Source: Chara braunii (taxonomy: Eukaryota > Plantae > Charophyceae). From it: a stretch of DNA of 64,000 nt. Positions 1 to 13,054 of the stretch are shown here, in pieces. Position 1 is the stretch's first letter; each line of letters begins with the position of its first letter. The notes below the pieces were generated by a model, which saw nothing but the letters and a program-made list of their open reading frames with translations, was not told the origin of the DNA and searched no databases. The translations under genes and the position numbers were made by a program. Location: positions 4,098,845 to 4,162,844 of the forward strand of contig BFEA01000008.1 of assembly GCA_003427395.1 (NCBI GenBank). The letters run 5' to 3'.

Positions 1-111
1 CTCATTGTCCCGCTTTGCGTGACAGTCGTGGATCAGAGTGATTAGCTCACGCGATCAGAGTGACCCGTTCTTGCATTAGTGACTCATACTTCTTGCGACA
101 TGGACTCATAC

Positions 112-270
<159 letters not shown>

Positions 271-271
271 A

Positions 272-1003
272 ATGACTCGGAGAGCGGCGGAAGAGGCGGA
301 AAAGCTTCGTCAGAGGGCGAATGAGATGCTCCGCCAGGATCCGCGCAACGCGCTGCGGTACGCGGAGGAAGCCAACGTAAAGAATTACACCCCCGATGGA
401 GACAAGCTGATCACCATCATCAGGATTCATATTGCCGCTGCTGTTCGTATGCCCGGCTCCCCCGATGGTCGGGATTGGTACGGCATTCTTCAGGTCAATC
501 CCACTGATTCCCACGACACGATGCGCACCAAGTACCGCGCTCTGTGCCTGCACACGCATCCCGACAAGGCCAAGAATTTTGATGGGTGTGAAAACGCTTT
601 CAGACTGCTGAAGCTTGCGTGGGAAGTGCTCGGGGATGCCAACAAGCGAAGAGCATACGATCAATCACTGGCGCAGAGAAGAGCTCCAGGTGGACTCGCA
701 GGGGGAGGAGGGGGAGCAAGGGGAGGAGGAGGAGGAGGAGGAGGTGTTGGTGGTGTGAACTACGGCCATTACTCCTCATCGTCCACGGTTCCTCCCTCGA
801 GGTCGGGATCGGGATCGACGCCATCGTCGTCTTCGTCGGCGACGGTATCGCGGCCTGCCATTCAGGAGCCGTTCACCGTCGCGGTTACATGCCCGTTCTG
901 CAAACACGCCTGCCGGAGGAAGTACTCGGTCATGATGGGCAGACAGGTTCTCAGTGATGAACTCATCTTCTGCGCGAAGTGCCAACGAAACTTCTATCCT
1001 TAA
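272..1003 (+). CDS. Intronless plant-type DnaJ (J-domain) protein with C-terminal zinc ribbon
   Basis: 243-aa ORF from ATG. J-domain DWYGILQV...HTHPDK...AFRLLKLAWEVLGDANKRRAYD with intact HPD; N-terminal helical segment; Gly/Ser linker; CPFC...CAKC at the C-terminus. Confidence 0.85.
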   Translation: MTRRAAEEAEKLRQRANEMLRQDPRNALRYAEEANVKNYTPDGDKLITIIRIHIAAAVRMPGSPDGRDWYGILQVNPTDSHDTMRTKYRALCLHTHPDKAKNFDGCENAFRLLKLAWEVLGDANKRRAYDQSLAQRRAPGGLAGGGGGARGGGGGGGGVGGVNYGHYSSSSTVPPSRSGSGSTPSSSSSATVSRPAIQEPFTVAVTCPFCKHACRRKYSVMMGRQVLSDELIFCAKCQRNFYP

Positions 1004-1254
1004 GAGATTCAAAATTCAACGAGTTGGCGCAGCAGCAGCAGCAGCAGGAGGAGGAGGAGGAGGAGGAGGAGGAGGAGGAGTAGGAGTTCAGCGCGCCGGA
1101 AGAAGGAAGGAGGACAACCTGAAACGTCGTCGTCGCTTACATGTCTGATCGACCCTCCTTCATGTCCTGACGTGTAAAATATACATTGATTATGGTGGAC
1201 ATATGATTGAACGTGGGTTGGATAGGATGCTACTGCTGGGACGACACACTCACC

Positions 1255-1304
<50 letters not shown>

Positions 1305-1448
1305 AAACCTTTGATTGCCAAGGATAGGAGGGCCGGCAGAGTTGAAGGTTGTGAGTCGGAGTGAGAGTGAGGGAGCGAGAGGGTGAGGTTGGTCGAATTG
1401 CGCTTTCGAATACGGAGAGAGCAAGCAATACGGAAAGGCGGTCGGAAC

Positions 1449-1508
<60 letters not shown>

Positions 1509-2475
1509 AAGTAGTGGTATGGGATCGATAGGGATGTCGATGAACCATCGGTGGGTGTGAGCGCGCACGTGTATGTATGTGCTTCTCCGCGAATCTGGGG
1601 GCAGAGAGAGAGAAAAGGTTTGGGAGATGGGGGGGAGCGGGGGGGGGGGGGGGGGGGGGGGGACGGGGAAGAGATTAGCCGAATTTTGACTTGCCGAGTT
1701 TTCCAAGCAGTCGGCCAGAGTAGGGACACTGTCTGTCCACATCAACATCGGCGGCTTTCCTTTCCTAATTTAGCCAGCATGGAACCGACGACCGTAGTCT
1801 GCTGTAAAAAGTCGCCCTTCGTTTTCCTAATTTGTCCCCCTGCCATATCGCCTAATCCCCTCGTTGCGCTTTCCACACCGACCCACACACACACACACAC
1901 ACAGCGGCAGATTGAGACGCACAGAGAGGGGTATTGAGCGGCAGATTGAGACGCGCAGAGAGGATTGAGCGGCGACACCCATGGATGATTAGTACCTGGG
2001 CGACACCCATGGTTGAGTTTAGAGAGTCAAGGGGAGGGGAGCTAATGATGATTCTGTGGAGGCCTTGTGCTCAGCGAAGAAGGTGGGCCTTAAGCGAAGA
2101 AGGACGCCGCTCCGTTGATTTGCGCGCCGTTGATCTTCTGCTGACGTCTAAATGCATCGGACAGACTTCTTGCGGGCGGGTGGGCGTTTCTACTCGAACG
2201 AAACAAAGTAGAAACGCCCAATCGATGTAAGATACGGAGGTTTATAGTGAATGGAGGAGCACAGAGAAGAGGAGAAGAGAAGGAGAGGAGAAGGGAGGGA
2301 GATTGTAGCGAAAGCTGGGTTGTGTGAGGTTGAATAAAGAACGGAGGGGAATAGAAGAGAACAGCTCTGCGCATTTCCGCCGCAGATCATCGGAGGGGTT
2401 TCGAAGGTGCAAAAAGAGTTACGTGACTAGATTCTTTGTTCATTAGAGGGCTTATCCATTTATTTATTCTTTTGT

Positions 2476-2556
<81 letters not shown>

Positions 2557-2966
2557 GAGAGAGAAAGAGAGAGAGAGAGTTGGGGCGGGAGGGAGGGGAG
2601 GGGGCAGGGCGGTGTTTGTTCTGCACGTCTGATGACGAGAGCGCCACTGACTTTCGTCTTGCGTGCGCCCGATAGCGACCGGACCGAGCGACGGACGAAC
2701 CCACCGACCGGTCGAGCGGCATACACGCGGGCCAATGACCGGCAGCGGAATGCACTTGACGAGCCAGCAGCTTTTGTCTTTCGTTGTCTATCTATCTATC
2801 TATCTTAGTATTTCAAGTCACACAGGTATAGCCAGCTACTTAAGAGGAAGCCGGAGAGAAGCAAGAGAGAGAGAAGGCAGAGACCAGATTGAGAAGACAC
2901 AGAGAAGACACAGAGACGATAGACCGGAGAGAGAGAACCACTTACCCTCCTGATCACACAACCGTG

Positions 2967-3006
<40 letters not shown>

Positions 3007-3164
3007 TCTTTCTTAATTACCGAAAGCCTCGTTCGATCTGTGTGTTTAGCCGTCGAACGTTGCGCCCTCAGTTGTTGAGCCATTCCATTCTCCCGTCTTC
3101 CTGACGCAGCTTCCGGTCCGACAGCTGCGGCAGTGGTGCTTAACGACAGTTTATGTTTGTATAC

Positions 3165-3196
<32 letters not shown>

Positions 3197-3475
3197 AAGA
3201 TAGATAGATAGGTAGATAGATACTGTACGGCAGGGGAGGTCAAGATAACGTTGTTTAACGGAGGGAGTGAATGGATGGCATAACGCACGACGGACGACTA
3301 CTTGGCTGTAGGGGAAAGGTGGAAGCTGGGGGGGGAGGTCTCTCTCCTCTCGACATAGCCGACCTACCTTTATCCTCTTCCATTTTCGATTTCCACAGTC
3401 GTCACTGGAAGCAGAGAGACACGTCCGCTCAGACCAGGTCTGGCCTATTATATCGGGCCCTTTTGCTTCTCACAG

Positions 3476-3542
<67 letters not shown>

Positions 3543-4538
3543 GCATGGTTGGTGTCTTCAGCCTGGGGAGTGCAAAAAAAGAAACACGGGAGGGGAGGAG
3601 AGTGGAGACGAGGGGAAGTATATATGTCTGATCTCAGTTCTCTCGTTTAATCGGAATGATCAGCGTCATGATCTGCTATCTTCATCGAATCTTCCTTTAT
3701 CCGTTGGTTATCCGTTTTTGATCTGGTATCTTCATTGAATCTTCCCTGAAATTCGATTTTTTCCGATCGGCGTGTCCGCGTCGCTCTCCGGTCTGGAATC
3801 TCCGATTGCAGATCGCGACGAATTCCAGGTCGGGGTCTGGACGACTCCGATCCGCGATCGCAGCCGTCCGATCGACGGCCTGGAGGACTCCGAGATTCAC
3901 GAACCATCTTCAATCGCGGATCGGGGCTGACGGTCGGGATCTCGGATTTGGAGGTCGAGGGCCAGACGACCTGTGCGTATATATATATAGAGAGAGGGCC
4001 CCGAGCCCCACAGATAGCCGTTCGATTTAAGATTTTTCGGTGTTCTGGTCTCTATCTGTGAATTCTTTAATGGAGGATGGGTTATATCTCTGTACAGTAA
4101 AGCGAGGAGAAGACGGGAGAGAATGAGCGGGATCCCTTTCGGAAGGGAGCATGATCGGGATCCCTTTCAGAAGATGAGCCCTTTATGAACAGCGACGGAA
4201 ACAGGCAACCTTCGTCTAGGAGATCTTCGTCACCGCCAAAGGCCCTTTGAGAAGATGACCTCTTCAGAAGAGGACCAGCAGCAGCAGCAGCAGAAAGGGA
4301 GGAGGAGGAGGGGGAGGAGGGGGAGGAGAAGGCTGAAGCTGCTGCTGCAGTCTGAGTCTAGGCTTAATCTACAGTCGTGCGTCAGAGACATGATGATGAT
4401 GACAAGAAATGATAATGGATGTTGAAGACGACGAAGATTCGAATGATGACGACAACGAAAATCACAATGCGGGTGAGTCCGTGAGGTTCAAAGTGCGACA
4501 ACGAAATCGGCGTCTGCTGTAAGTGTGGGTGCGAGTGT

Positions 4539-4587
<49 letters not shown>

Positions 4588-4621
4588 GGGACATGTTCGG
4601 GATTCCTTGGCTCGGGGGAGG

Positions 4622-4639
4622 TGTGATGACGTCATCACA
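4622..4639. promoter_or_regulatory. 18-bp perfect palindrome containing TGACGTCA (bZIP C-box/CRE-like)
   Basis: TGTGATGACGTCATCACA; no linked gene established. Confidence 0.25.
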
Positions 4640-4886
4640 GCCGGTGCGATTATGTACAGAAGGTTCAGATAGGTTCATTTTTAAGGGTCCTGTTTTTTTT
4701 TTTTTTTCCCTTTTTTTCAATGATTTTGCTCCGTCTTTTGTCAATTTAGTGCGGAAACTTTATTGGGGATTCATTCCGTCAAACGTTGTTACCCAGTAGC
4801 AATGGGGAAAGAGGATCGTAAGCCGCGGGGACAGAAAACGCAGTTAAAGGAAAAACCGAGTCAGGCACGATGTGGTGCCAGTGTTT

Positions 4887-4927
<41 letters not shown>

Positions 4928-5179
4928 GTAACCGGAGTGGGGACGTGGTGATTCATCCTCTGGATGAATTTTGCGGGGGAGGAGGATGAATGTCGCGCGG
5001 GACGAGTTGCGTGGGACAGACTGCGGTCACCATCACGGGGTGCCTCTCAAGTCTCGACAGTTTTGCCCTTTTACCTTAGCTTCGTATTCGTGAATCGGTC
5101 TTGTTGTCAGCTGAGTAACTAGAACACGTGTTTACGTGTGTTTGTTGTAAATCTGGCTGCTGTGTCCAGGGGGGAGGGG

Positions 5180-5239
<60 letters not shown>

Positions 5240-5250
5240 TAGAAGGAGGA

Positions 5251-5307
<57 letters not shown>

Positions 5308-5666
5308 CAATGTTGCCTTAACATTATTATGTTTTTTTAAGTCAAGCTGGATTCAATTACGCAATAATTATGCGTTGACCATAGTGTGGGCACTTCCTCA
5401 CTTTAATCGAATGAATAATGTCGATATTAAACTTCTTTTTTTTAATGTTCATGTTGGTCTTTCTTTGTTGTTTGCTCTTTCATTGGTGCTCTCTTTCTCT
5501 CTTGATCTGTATCTCTTTCTATCTCTCTATACATATCNNNNNNNNNNNNNNNNNNNNNNNNNNNNGGGAGGGAGGGAGGGAGAGGTAGGCGGGGTGGATT
5601 CCTTGCGGGTATTGGTGACATTGATTGCGAAGAATGTGACGTGTTGTGTAGGGAAGGTAGTGCAGG

Positions 5667-5713
<47 letters not shown>

Positions 5714-5946
5714 GGTATTACTCGGTTTTTTCCGGTAGAGAAGGAGTCTAAGAGTCGAAGAGAAAGAGTGGATTATTGACAGCAGCGTTGTGTCGTGGGA
5801 TCGACGGAAATTTTCCGAAATTTGTTGTTTCCCATTTTTTGGTCCACTCCGCTTTGTTTCGAAATTCCCCAAAATTTTCTACTTGTAAATTACCGTTCCT
5901 GTGGGGCAGCAGAACTTGCATTTGTAAATCATCCATTTTCATTTGT

Positions 5947-6001
<55 letters not shown>

Positions 6002-6385
6002 CGTGTGTGTGTGTGTGTGTGTGTGCTCCTCTCTCTCTCTCTCAGACGCATACACACTCCGATATATATATATATATATATTCTGTTTGTGATGATATAT
6101 GTATATATGTAGAAATCTATATATATGTGTGCGTGTGTGTGCGTGTCCGTGTGTGCGTGCGTGTGCGTGTGAGTGAGTTCCACTTTCGCTAATTTGCGTT
6201 TGCCATATGAATTTTCTCTGGATTTTCTATGAAACCTCTGAATCTAGTCCACCTTCTGTCCTCTTCTGGCTGTTTATCTGGGAGCAAAACGAACCTTGCG
6301 GTCTGCGTGCTCGTGCTTGAGAGTTTTTTTATTTTTTTTTAAAGCTGTCTTCTCCTCCTTCAATTTGGGGGACAGCTATATATAT

Positions 6386-6643
6386 CGGTGAAACTCCGAC
6401 GAAACAGTTTGTCACAGCCCCTCGTTTGTTGTCCTCTTCTCTCTCTATATATATATATCGTCAAACAGAACTGCCCGGTAAACCGTAGGCAGAGAGGGAG
6501 AAGAGGACAACAAACGAGGGGCTGTGACAAACTGTTATATATGTATATATCGTCACAGAACTGCCCGGTAAACCGTAGGCAGAGAGAGAGAAGAGGACAA
6601 CAAACTAGGGGCTGTGACAAACTGTTTCGTCGGAGTTTCACCG
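6386..6643. mobile_element. Foldback MITE-like element with internal tandem duplication
   Basis: About 60-bp terminal inverted repeats CGGTGAAACTCCGACGAAACAGTTTGTCACAGCCCC / GGGGCTGTGACAAACTGTTTCGTCGGAGTTTCACCG; internal ~90-bp duplication. Confidence 0.7.
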
Positions 6644-6989
6644 ACTCATCAGGAGGCTGAACCCTCAACAGTCTGCAGAATCCCCTCACTGATTACACTG
6701 TAAATGCTAATCTACCTTAACCAAAATCAAAGTAGACTATCACTCACCCACACACACACACTATATATACATATATATATATATTTCTCTGCTCACATAC
6801 TTTTAACTGGCGTTCTTCCATGTCATGGAACATTTCTTTTTTCTTTTCACTCCCTGAGCAGTGAGCAGTACTTTGTCATTTTCTTATATTTTTTTCTTTC
6901 CCATTTTTTCGACATTTTGAATGGGGTGTGGAAGATTGACTGGAGTCCCGCAGTCTATTACCCGCACTGGAGCCCGTGGCGGAAGATTT

Positions 6990-7250
6990 GCTGCACCTCT
7001 CCGCAAACACGTCCAGATTCAGGCGTGGAATCCAATCCTATTTGCTTGTGGGACCTCGACCCCGGTCGTGTACGCTAGAAACACCAGGGGCGGTGAGGTC
7101 CCACTAGCAAAGAGGATTGGATTAAGCTCCTGAATCTGGACACGTTCTCAGCAGATGTGCAGAAAAGCACATCAATCGTTGTGCTCCACAAACACGTCCA
7201 CATTCAGAGGTTAAATCAAATCCTCTTTGGCCGTTGGACCTCACCCCAAC
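6990..7250. repeat. Alternating-orientation repeat family (AAACACGTCCAGATTCAGGC / CCTGAATCTGGAC)
   Basis: Units in both orientations here; related arrays at ~8370-8550, ~14020-14170 and ~39900-40260. Confidence 0.65.
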
Positions 7251-8731
7251 AATGGCAGTAGATCCTAACTACCCTAAAAATAAAAAAAATAATTTAAAAA
7301 AAAACTCAAATAGATATCCTTGAAAGTAGAAACTAAAATACTAGTCCTTCTCGTTTTCCATTTAAAAAAAAAAAAAAGGTGANNNNNNNNNNNNNNNNNN
7401 NNNNNNNNNNNNNNNNNNNNNNNNNNNNNNNNNNNNNNNNNNNNNNNNNNNNNNNNNNNNNNNNNNNNNNNNNNNNNNNNNNNNNNNNNNNNNNNNNNNN
7501 NNNNNNNNNNNNNNNNNNNNNNNNNNNNNNNNNNNNNNNNNNNNNNNNNNNNNNNNNNNNNNNNNNNNNNNNNNNNNNNNNNNNNNNNNNNNNNNNNNNN
7601 NNNNNNNNNNNNNNNNNNNNNNNNNNNNNNNNNNNNNNNNNNNNNNNNNNNNNNNNNNNNNNNNNNNNNNNNNNNNNNNNNNNNNNNNNNNNNNNNNNNN
7701 NNNNNNNNNNNNNNNNNNNNNNNNNNNNNNNNNNNNNNNNNNNNNNNNNNNNNNNNNNNNNNNNNNNNNNNNNNNNNNNNNNNNNNNNNNNNNNNNNNNN
7801 NNNNNNNNNNNNNNNNNNNNNNNNNNNNCTTCGGTTTTTTTTTTTTTTTTGTCTCTGAGAAATAGAACTCGAAATGTGAAATTCGGATATTGTGGTGGAT
7901 CTGACAGGAACGCTTCCCCGTCTGTCGGATGGCCTTTTAGAGACATCATGAGATACATGGGGATGAATGAATCCCTATAGCCATTACTTGTTCATCATGG
8001 TGGCTGTGTTCGTGGACACATTTTATTGCCACGGTACATCACTCTGAAGACTTACGTGAAGGAGATCGTACCAACCCATGAATTCGGGTGCACAGCTGTT
8101 CTTCATAGTTTTATGTGCTATTTCAATTCATTTTAAATCAGAAAACGAACCATTCATGCAAATAAAAAATCACTTTGTATTCTCCAAAAACCCATAAAAC
8201 TGTGTCACACGTCGTAGAATACTTCGCTAGTTTTTCCGGCATTGTTAAAAAGACAATGTTTGTAAAAAAAAAAAATACTTCGCTAGTGGGTCCAGGCCCC
8301 AGCTGTCAAGGCTTACATCAATCACAGAAGAAGTCAAGGTACTCAGCGGCCAACTGGCCTCAACTCGGGGCCAGGTCCCACACGACCAGCGACGAGTTTT
8401 CTCAACGCCTGAATCTGGACATGTTTGCCGGAATGTGTGGTTGAGGATCCGACTAGCAGCGTGCCTGAACTGGACGTGTTTGCGGAGATCTGGGTTGAGG
8501 AAACTCAATGCCGTTTTTGCACCTCTGCACAAACCCGTCCAGGTTCAGACGTTTAACTGAACAAGACCCCTGACGAGTGCCCGTTTGGCGGCCGGACGAA
8601 ACGCAGCCGAGGGTTGCTGCGCCATTTTCTACATACCTATTGTACGATGTTTTTGGCGGTGCTTTCGCGTTAAATACATTCACGGCCAATTCGGTCGCAT
8701 TTCGGCATTTTGGGTCTGTGCCCCCCCCCCC

Positions 8732-8787
<56 letters not shown>

Positions 8788-9390
8788 CTGTGTGTGAGGA
8801 TGTTGCCTGCTTGACGCACATATGATTGATTGGTTTGCTGTGGATGACTATCGTTTCATTCAGGCGTTTAGGAAACTCAAGGGTGATAGTGGGACTTGCC
8901 CCCCCCCTCCTCCCCTCCCCTCCTCTCCTCTCCCCTCCCCAGGGAGAACCTTGTTCCTGTAGCAATTAGACAAAAAAAAAAGAAAAAGGGAAATTGTCGA
9001 AATACCTCTTAAAAAATCGTGTATTGCGTTGGATATCTGAAATACTCCCCAAAAAAAAAAAAAAAAAAATCTGAAATACTCCTAAAAGGCTAAAACCCAG
9101 GGGCCTGAGATCCCCCAAACTTCTGCATCTGCCCTTGTCCCTCTCATTGCCTTCTGCGCCATATGCCCTGGCCCTTGGCTGGAGGGGCCCTTGCATTACT
9201 ATTGCCACAAATACTGGGGCAGTCCTTCTGGACGTCCGTTATATTTGGAGCGATCATCAGTTAGGGCCTCGGTCGACACCACTTGAACCCTTTAAGGGTT
9301 GAAGGAAAATTTTCATTTCGACCCTAAACCCTAACCTCGCGGTGGAGTTGTTTCTATCCTTGGGGGGTGGAAAGAAGAACTCGAGTGGTG

Positions 9391-9429
9391 TGGAACGAGG
9401 CCCTCAGAGAAGATTAGCGTGGCCCCTGC
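9391..9429 (+). pseudogene. U6: U6 snRNA internal fragment
   Basis: TGGAACGA...CAGAGAAGATTAGCGTGGCCCCTGC matches the U6 ACAGAGA-box region with an insertion. Confidence 0.6.
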
Positions 9430-9431
9430 AG

Positions 9432-9572
9432 GGAGGTCATCATCAGGGATGCAGCTGTTCTTCATCAGAAAGGTCATCATTAGGGGAGCTGGTCTCCATC
9501 AAGGAGGTCATCATCAGGGGAGCTGCTCTTCATCAGGAAGGTCATCATTAGGGGAGCAGCTCTTCATCAGGA
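9432..9572. repeat. ~30-bp minisatellite (GGAGGTCATCATCAGGGGAGCTGCTCTTCATCA-like), 4-5 units
   Basis: Read directly. Confidence 0.8.
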
Positions 9573-11055
9573 TGTTTCCTTGTTCTATTTGTTTGTTTTG
9601 TCTCTTGCATGTTATCATCATCTCAGTATTGTAGCTGGGTGGCTATTATCTTCATCAGCATTTTTGTTCCCTACAATATAGATCATCATCATCTTCTTCA
9701 TGCTGTCGTGCGCTCATAGCATAATGGCAACAAAAAAAAAAAAAAAAAAAACTGCATTGCACAGTGCGCTGCTATCACCATTGCCCTCTTCTACGGCATC
9801 TTATAAAGAAAATTCAATGATTGCGCACGGCGCTTCTCGCCATCTTCACGTTGATTGTTGACATCATCAGAGTGCGGTGGGTCTTCCTCATCACTGCGCT
9901 GCTCCTTCTCATTAACCTATTCATTAGTTTCTTCATCCTAGGGCAGTTCTCGCCGTCATCATCTCATTGAGTTATCCATTCTCATCAGCTTCATCAACCA
10001 TTATCATCACCATCATCATCATCATCAGCCTCTCAATTTTTATTTCCCTGTTCTTTTCTATACTTGTGGTTGTAAAAAAAAATCCTCCCCACAAGGTTGC
10101 TGACGTGGAGGGCAGGATGGATAGAGTGGGGAGAGCTCTTTTCTGTAGGGGGAACACAAGGTGGGAAGTGTTTGCCTATAGGGAATAAGGGCGGACAAAG
10201 GGGATTGTCTAACTCTGGGGCTGTGAGAGATGGAAGGCGGAACATCATCTACTAGCGGTGGCAGAGTAGGGTAGAGAAAGCTTGAGGTAGGCTTTTTGGG
10301 GGAACAGCCTTCTTTGAGGGGAGTAGGGTAGAGGGAGGCTTTCCTATTGTTGGGGCTGTGAGGAACCATTCAACAACAGACTGGTTCTGATTAGCGGAGG
10401 CAGCAAGGGAGAAGAGGCGTGGTATTGGGGAAAAGAGGAGGGCTGGACAGGTCACAGGGGAGGGTCAATCAACATCTTTTTTTTTGTTTTTTTTGTTTTT
10501 TTGTTTGAGCCGCTCCATCTATTGGTGGGGAGCAACACCTGCTGGAAACCGGGTCCAGTGTCCTTTAAATACATCTTGACAAAACAGTAGATCATAGAAA
10601 GTGACGCGATTTTGCCGGAAACCGAGTCCAGCGTCCCATATCCAATCTACTCTCCCCTACCAAACTGCAGCAGGGTCGGGTATTGAGGGGTGAAACCCCG
10701 GGGGGCACCGGTGGAGTCTCCCTTCCTCCCCTAGCCTCTGCCATACACCTACTATCCTCATGGCGCCTGGTGTGACCTTGCACTCTGTAATAGTATGTGT
10801 TTGAGAACGGCTAAGATAACAGACGATGCAGAAATAGACAGAAATAGACAGAAATGTGCTGCACAAACGTCAGCTGAAATCTTCTTATTCGTTGTTTTTG
10901 AAGCTTTTTCCTCAGTGAACAGGCAATGCAGAAATAGACAGAAATGTGCTGCACAGTCCTCAGTGAGAGTGACGGTACAATGCTGGAAACCGGGTCCAAG
11001 CTAAGCGTCCCATACCTGATCTATGTGTCCAATCCAAAACCTGCTGGAAACCGGG

Positions 11056-11351
11056 TATGTGTCCGAAATCGGATTTAACGGGGGGTTTGAGTTGAACGGT
11101 TCAACTCTCGTTCAACTCCCGTTGCAACTACGCGTTAAACCGAGTTGAACGTGGTACAACTCGGCCCGCGGATTTTTTTTTTGCAGGCAAAACATATGTG
11201 GAAAAAAAATAAAAAAATATGGGGGTGTAGATTTTTTTGCTCTCTACATCCCCATATTTTTATTTTTATTTTTTGAGCATTAAAATTATTTTTAAAAAAC
11301 AAAAACAAAACCAGACGAAAAAAAAATATATATTTTTTTCTTTTTTTTTTC

Positions 11352-11430
<79 letters not shown>

Positions 11431-11462
11431 GGGGATGGGTCGCCCCTCCCACCCGCACCGAA

Positions 11463-11516
<54 letters not shown>

Positions 11517-11656
11517 TCTCTCGCCGGACCCCGCGCAACTTCGGCGCAAGTAAGTGAGCGTGTGTGTGAGTGTGTGTGTGTGCGTGTGTGTGTGCAGTGT
11601 GTGTGTGATTGAGTGGGGGTTGGGGGGGCGACCCATCCCCCACCAATCAATCAAAA

Positions 11657-11692
<36 letters not shown>

Positions 11693-11770
11693 CAAAAAAA
11701 AAAAAAAAAGTAAAAAAGAAAAACGAGAAAAGCGGGTTTTACCGTTTTTTTTTCTTACTTTTTTTTTCTC

Positions 11771-11805
<35 letters not shown>

Positions 11806-11841
11806 GGGGGATGGGTCGCCCCCCCAACCCCCACCCAATCA

Positions 11842-11879
<38 letters not shown>

Positions 11880-12749
11880 CACACACTCATTTTCTTTCGC
11901 CGAAGTTGCGCGGGCGGCCNNNNNNNNNNNNNNNNNNNNNNNNNNNNNNNNNNNNNNNNNNNNNNNNNNNNNNNNNNNNNNNNNNNNNNNNNNNNNNNNN
12001 NNNNNNNNNNNNNNNNNNNNNNNNNNNNNNNNNNNNNNNNNNNNNNNNNNNNNNNNNNNNNNNNNNNNNNNNNNNNNNNNNNNNNNNNNNNNNNNNNNNN
12101 NNNNNNNNNNNNNNNNNNNNNNNNNNNNNNNNNNNNNNNNNNNNNNNNNNNNNNNNNNNNNNNNNNNNNNNNNNNNNNNNNNNNNNNNNNNNNNNNNNNN
12201 NNNNNNNNNNNNNNNNNNNNNNNNNNNNNNNNNNNNNNNNNNNNNNNNNNNNNNNNNNNNNNNNNNNNNNNNNNNNNNNNNNNNNNNNNNNNNNNNNNNN
12301 NNNNNNNNNNNNNNNNNNNNNNNNNNNNNNNNNNNNNNNNNNNNNNNNNNNNNNNNNNNNNNNNNNNNNNNNNNNNNNNNNNNNNNNNNNNNNNNNNNNN
12401 NNNNNNNNNNNNNNNNNNNNNNNNNNNNNNNNNNNNNNNNNNNNNNNNNNNNNNNNNNNNNNNNNNNNNNNNNNNNNNNNNNNNNNNNNNNNNNNNNNNN
12501 NNNNNNNNNNNNNNNNNNNNNNNNNNNNNNNNNNNNNNNNNNNNNNNNNNNNNNNNNNNNNNNNNNNNNNNNNNNNNNNNNNNNNNNNNNNNNNNNNNNN
12601 NNNNNNNNNNNNNNNNNNNNNNNNNNNNNNNNNNNNNNNNNNNNNNNNNNNNNNNNNNNNNNNNNNNNNNNNNNNNNNNNNNNNNNNNNNNNNNNNNNNN
12701 NNNNNNNNNNNNNNNNNNNNACACACACACACACACACACACACACGCA

Positions 12750-12781
<32 letters not shown>

Positions 12782-13054
12782 CACACACACACCCACACCC
12801 ACACACACACACATGAACACACACACAGACACACACACACACAGAGGGCAGTTTTTTTACTTTTTTTTTTCACTTTTTTTTTTCCACGCGTATCCTGCCA
12901 CGTGTCCGCGACCCATTGGGCTCGACCCGTCGATCGGATTTCAACGGGAAGCCCCCGTTGTACCGTTCAACGGGGATTCAACTCGGACCCCGGGGGTGTA
13001 CAACGGGTACAACGGAGTTGTACAAAACCCGTTGCGAGTTGAATGGATACACAG
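11056..13054. mobile_element. Non-autonomous DNA transposon-like insertion (spans a gap)
   Basis: Interrupts a tandem L1-tail unit between CCGGGT and CCAGC. Imperfect termini TATGTGTCC / GGATACACAG; subterminal GTTGAAC/GTTCAAC/GTACAAC motifs; internal (GATT)n-(CA)n foldback at 11351-11690. No TSD seen. Confidence 0.55.

Noticed and set aside
9322-9336. CCCTAAACCCTAA telomere-like motif (also TTAGGG x2 at 13557 and (TAGGG)n at 15212)
   Set aside because: Two units or a simple pentamer repeat; too short to call interstitial telomere.
9432-9572. CRISPR-like array
   Set aside because: Degenerate tandem units without unique spacers, no cas genes, eukaryotic context.
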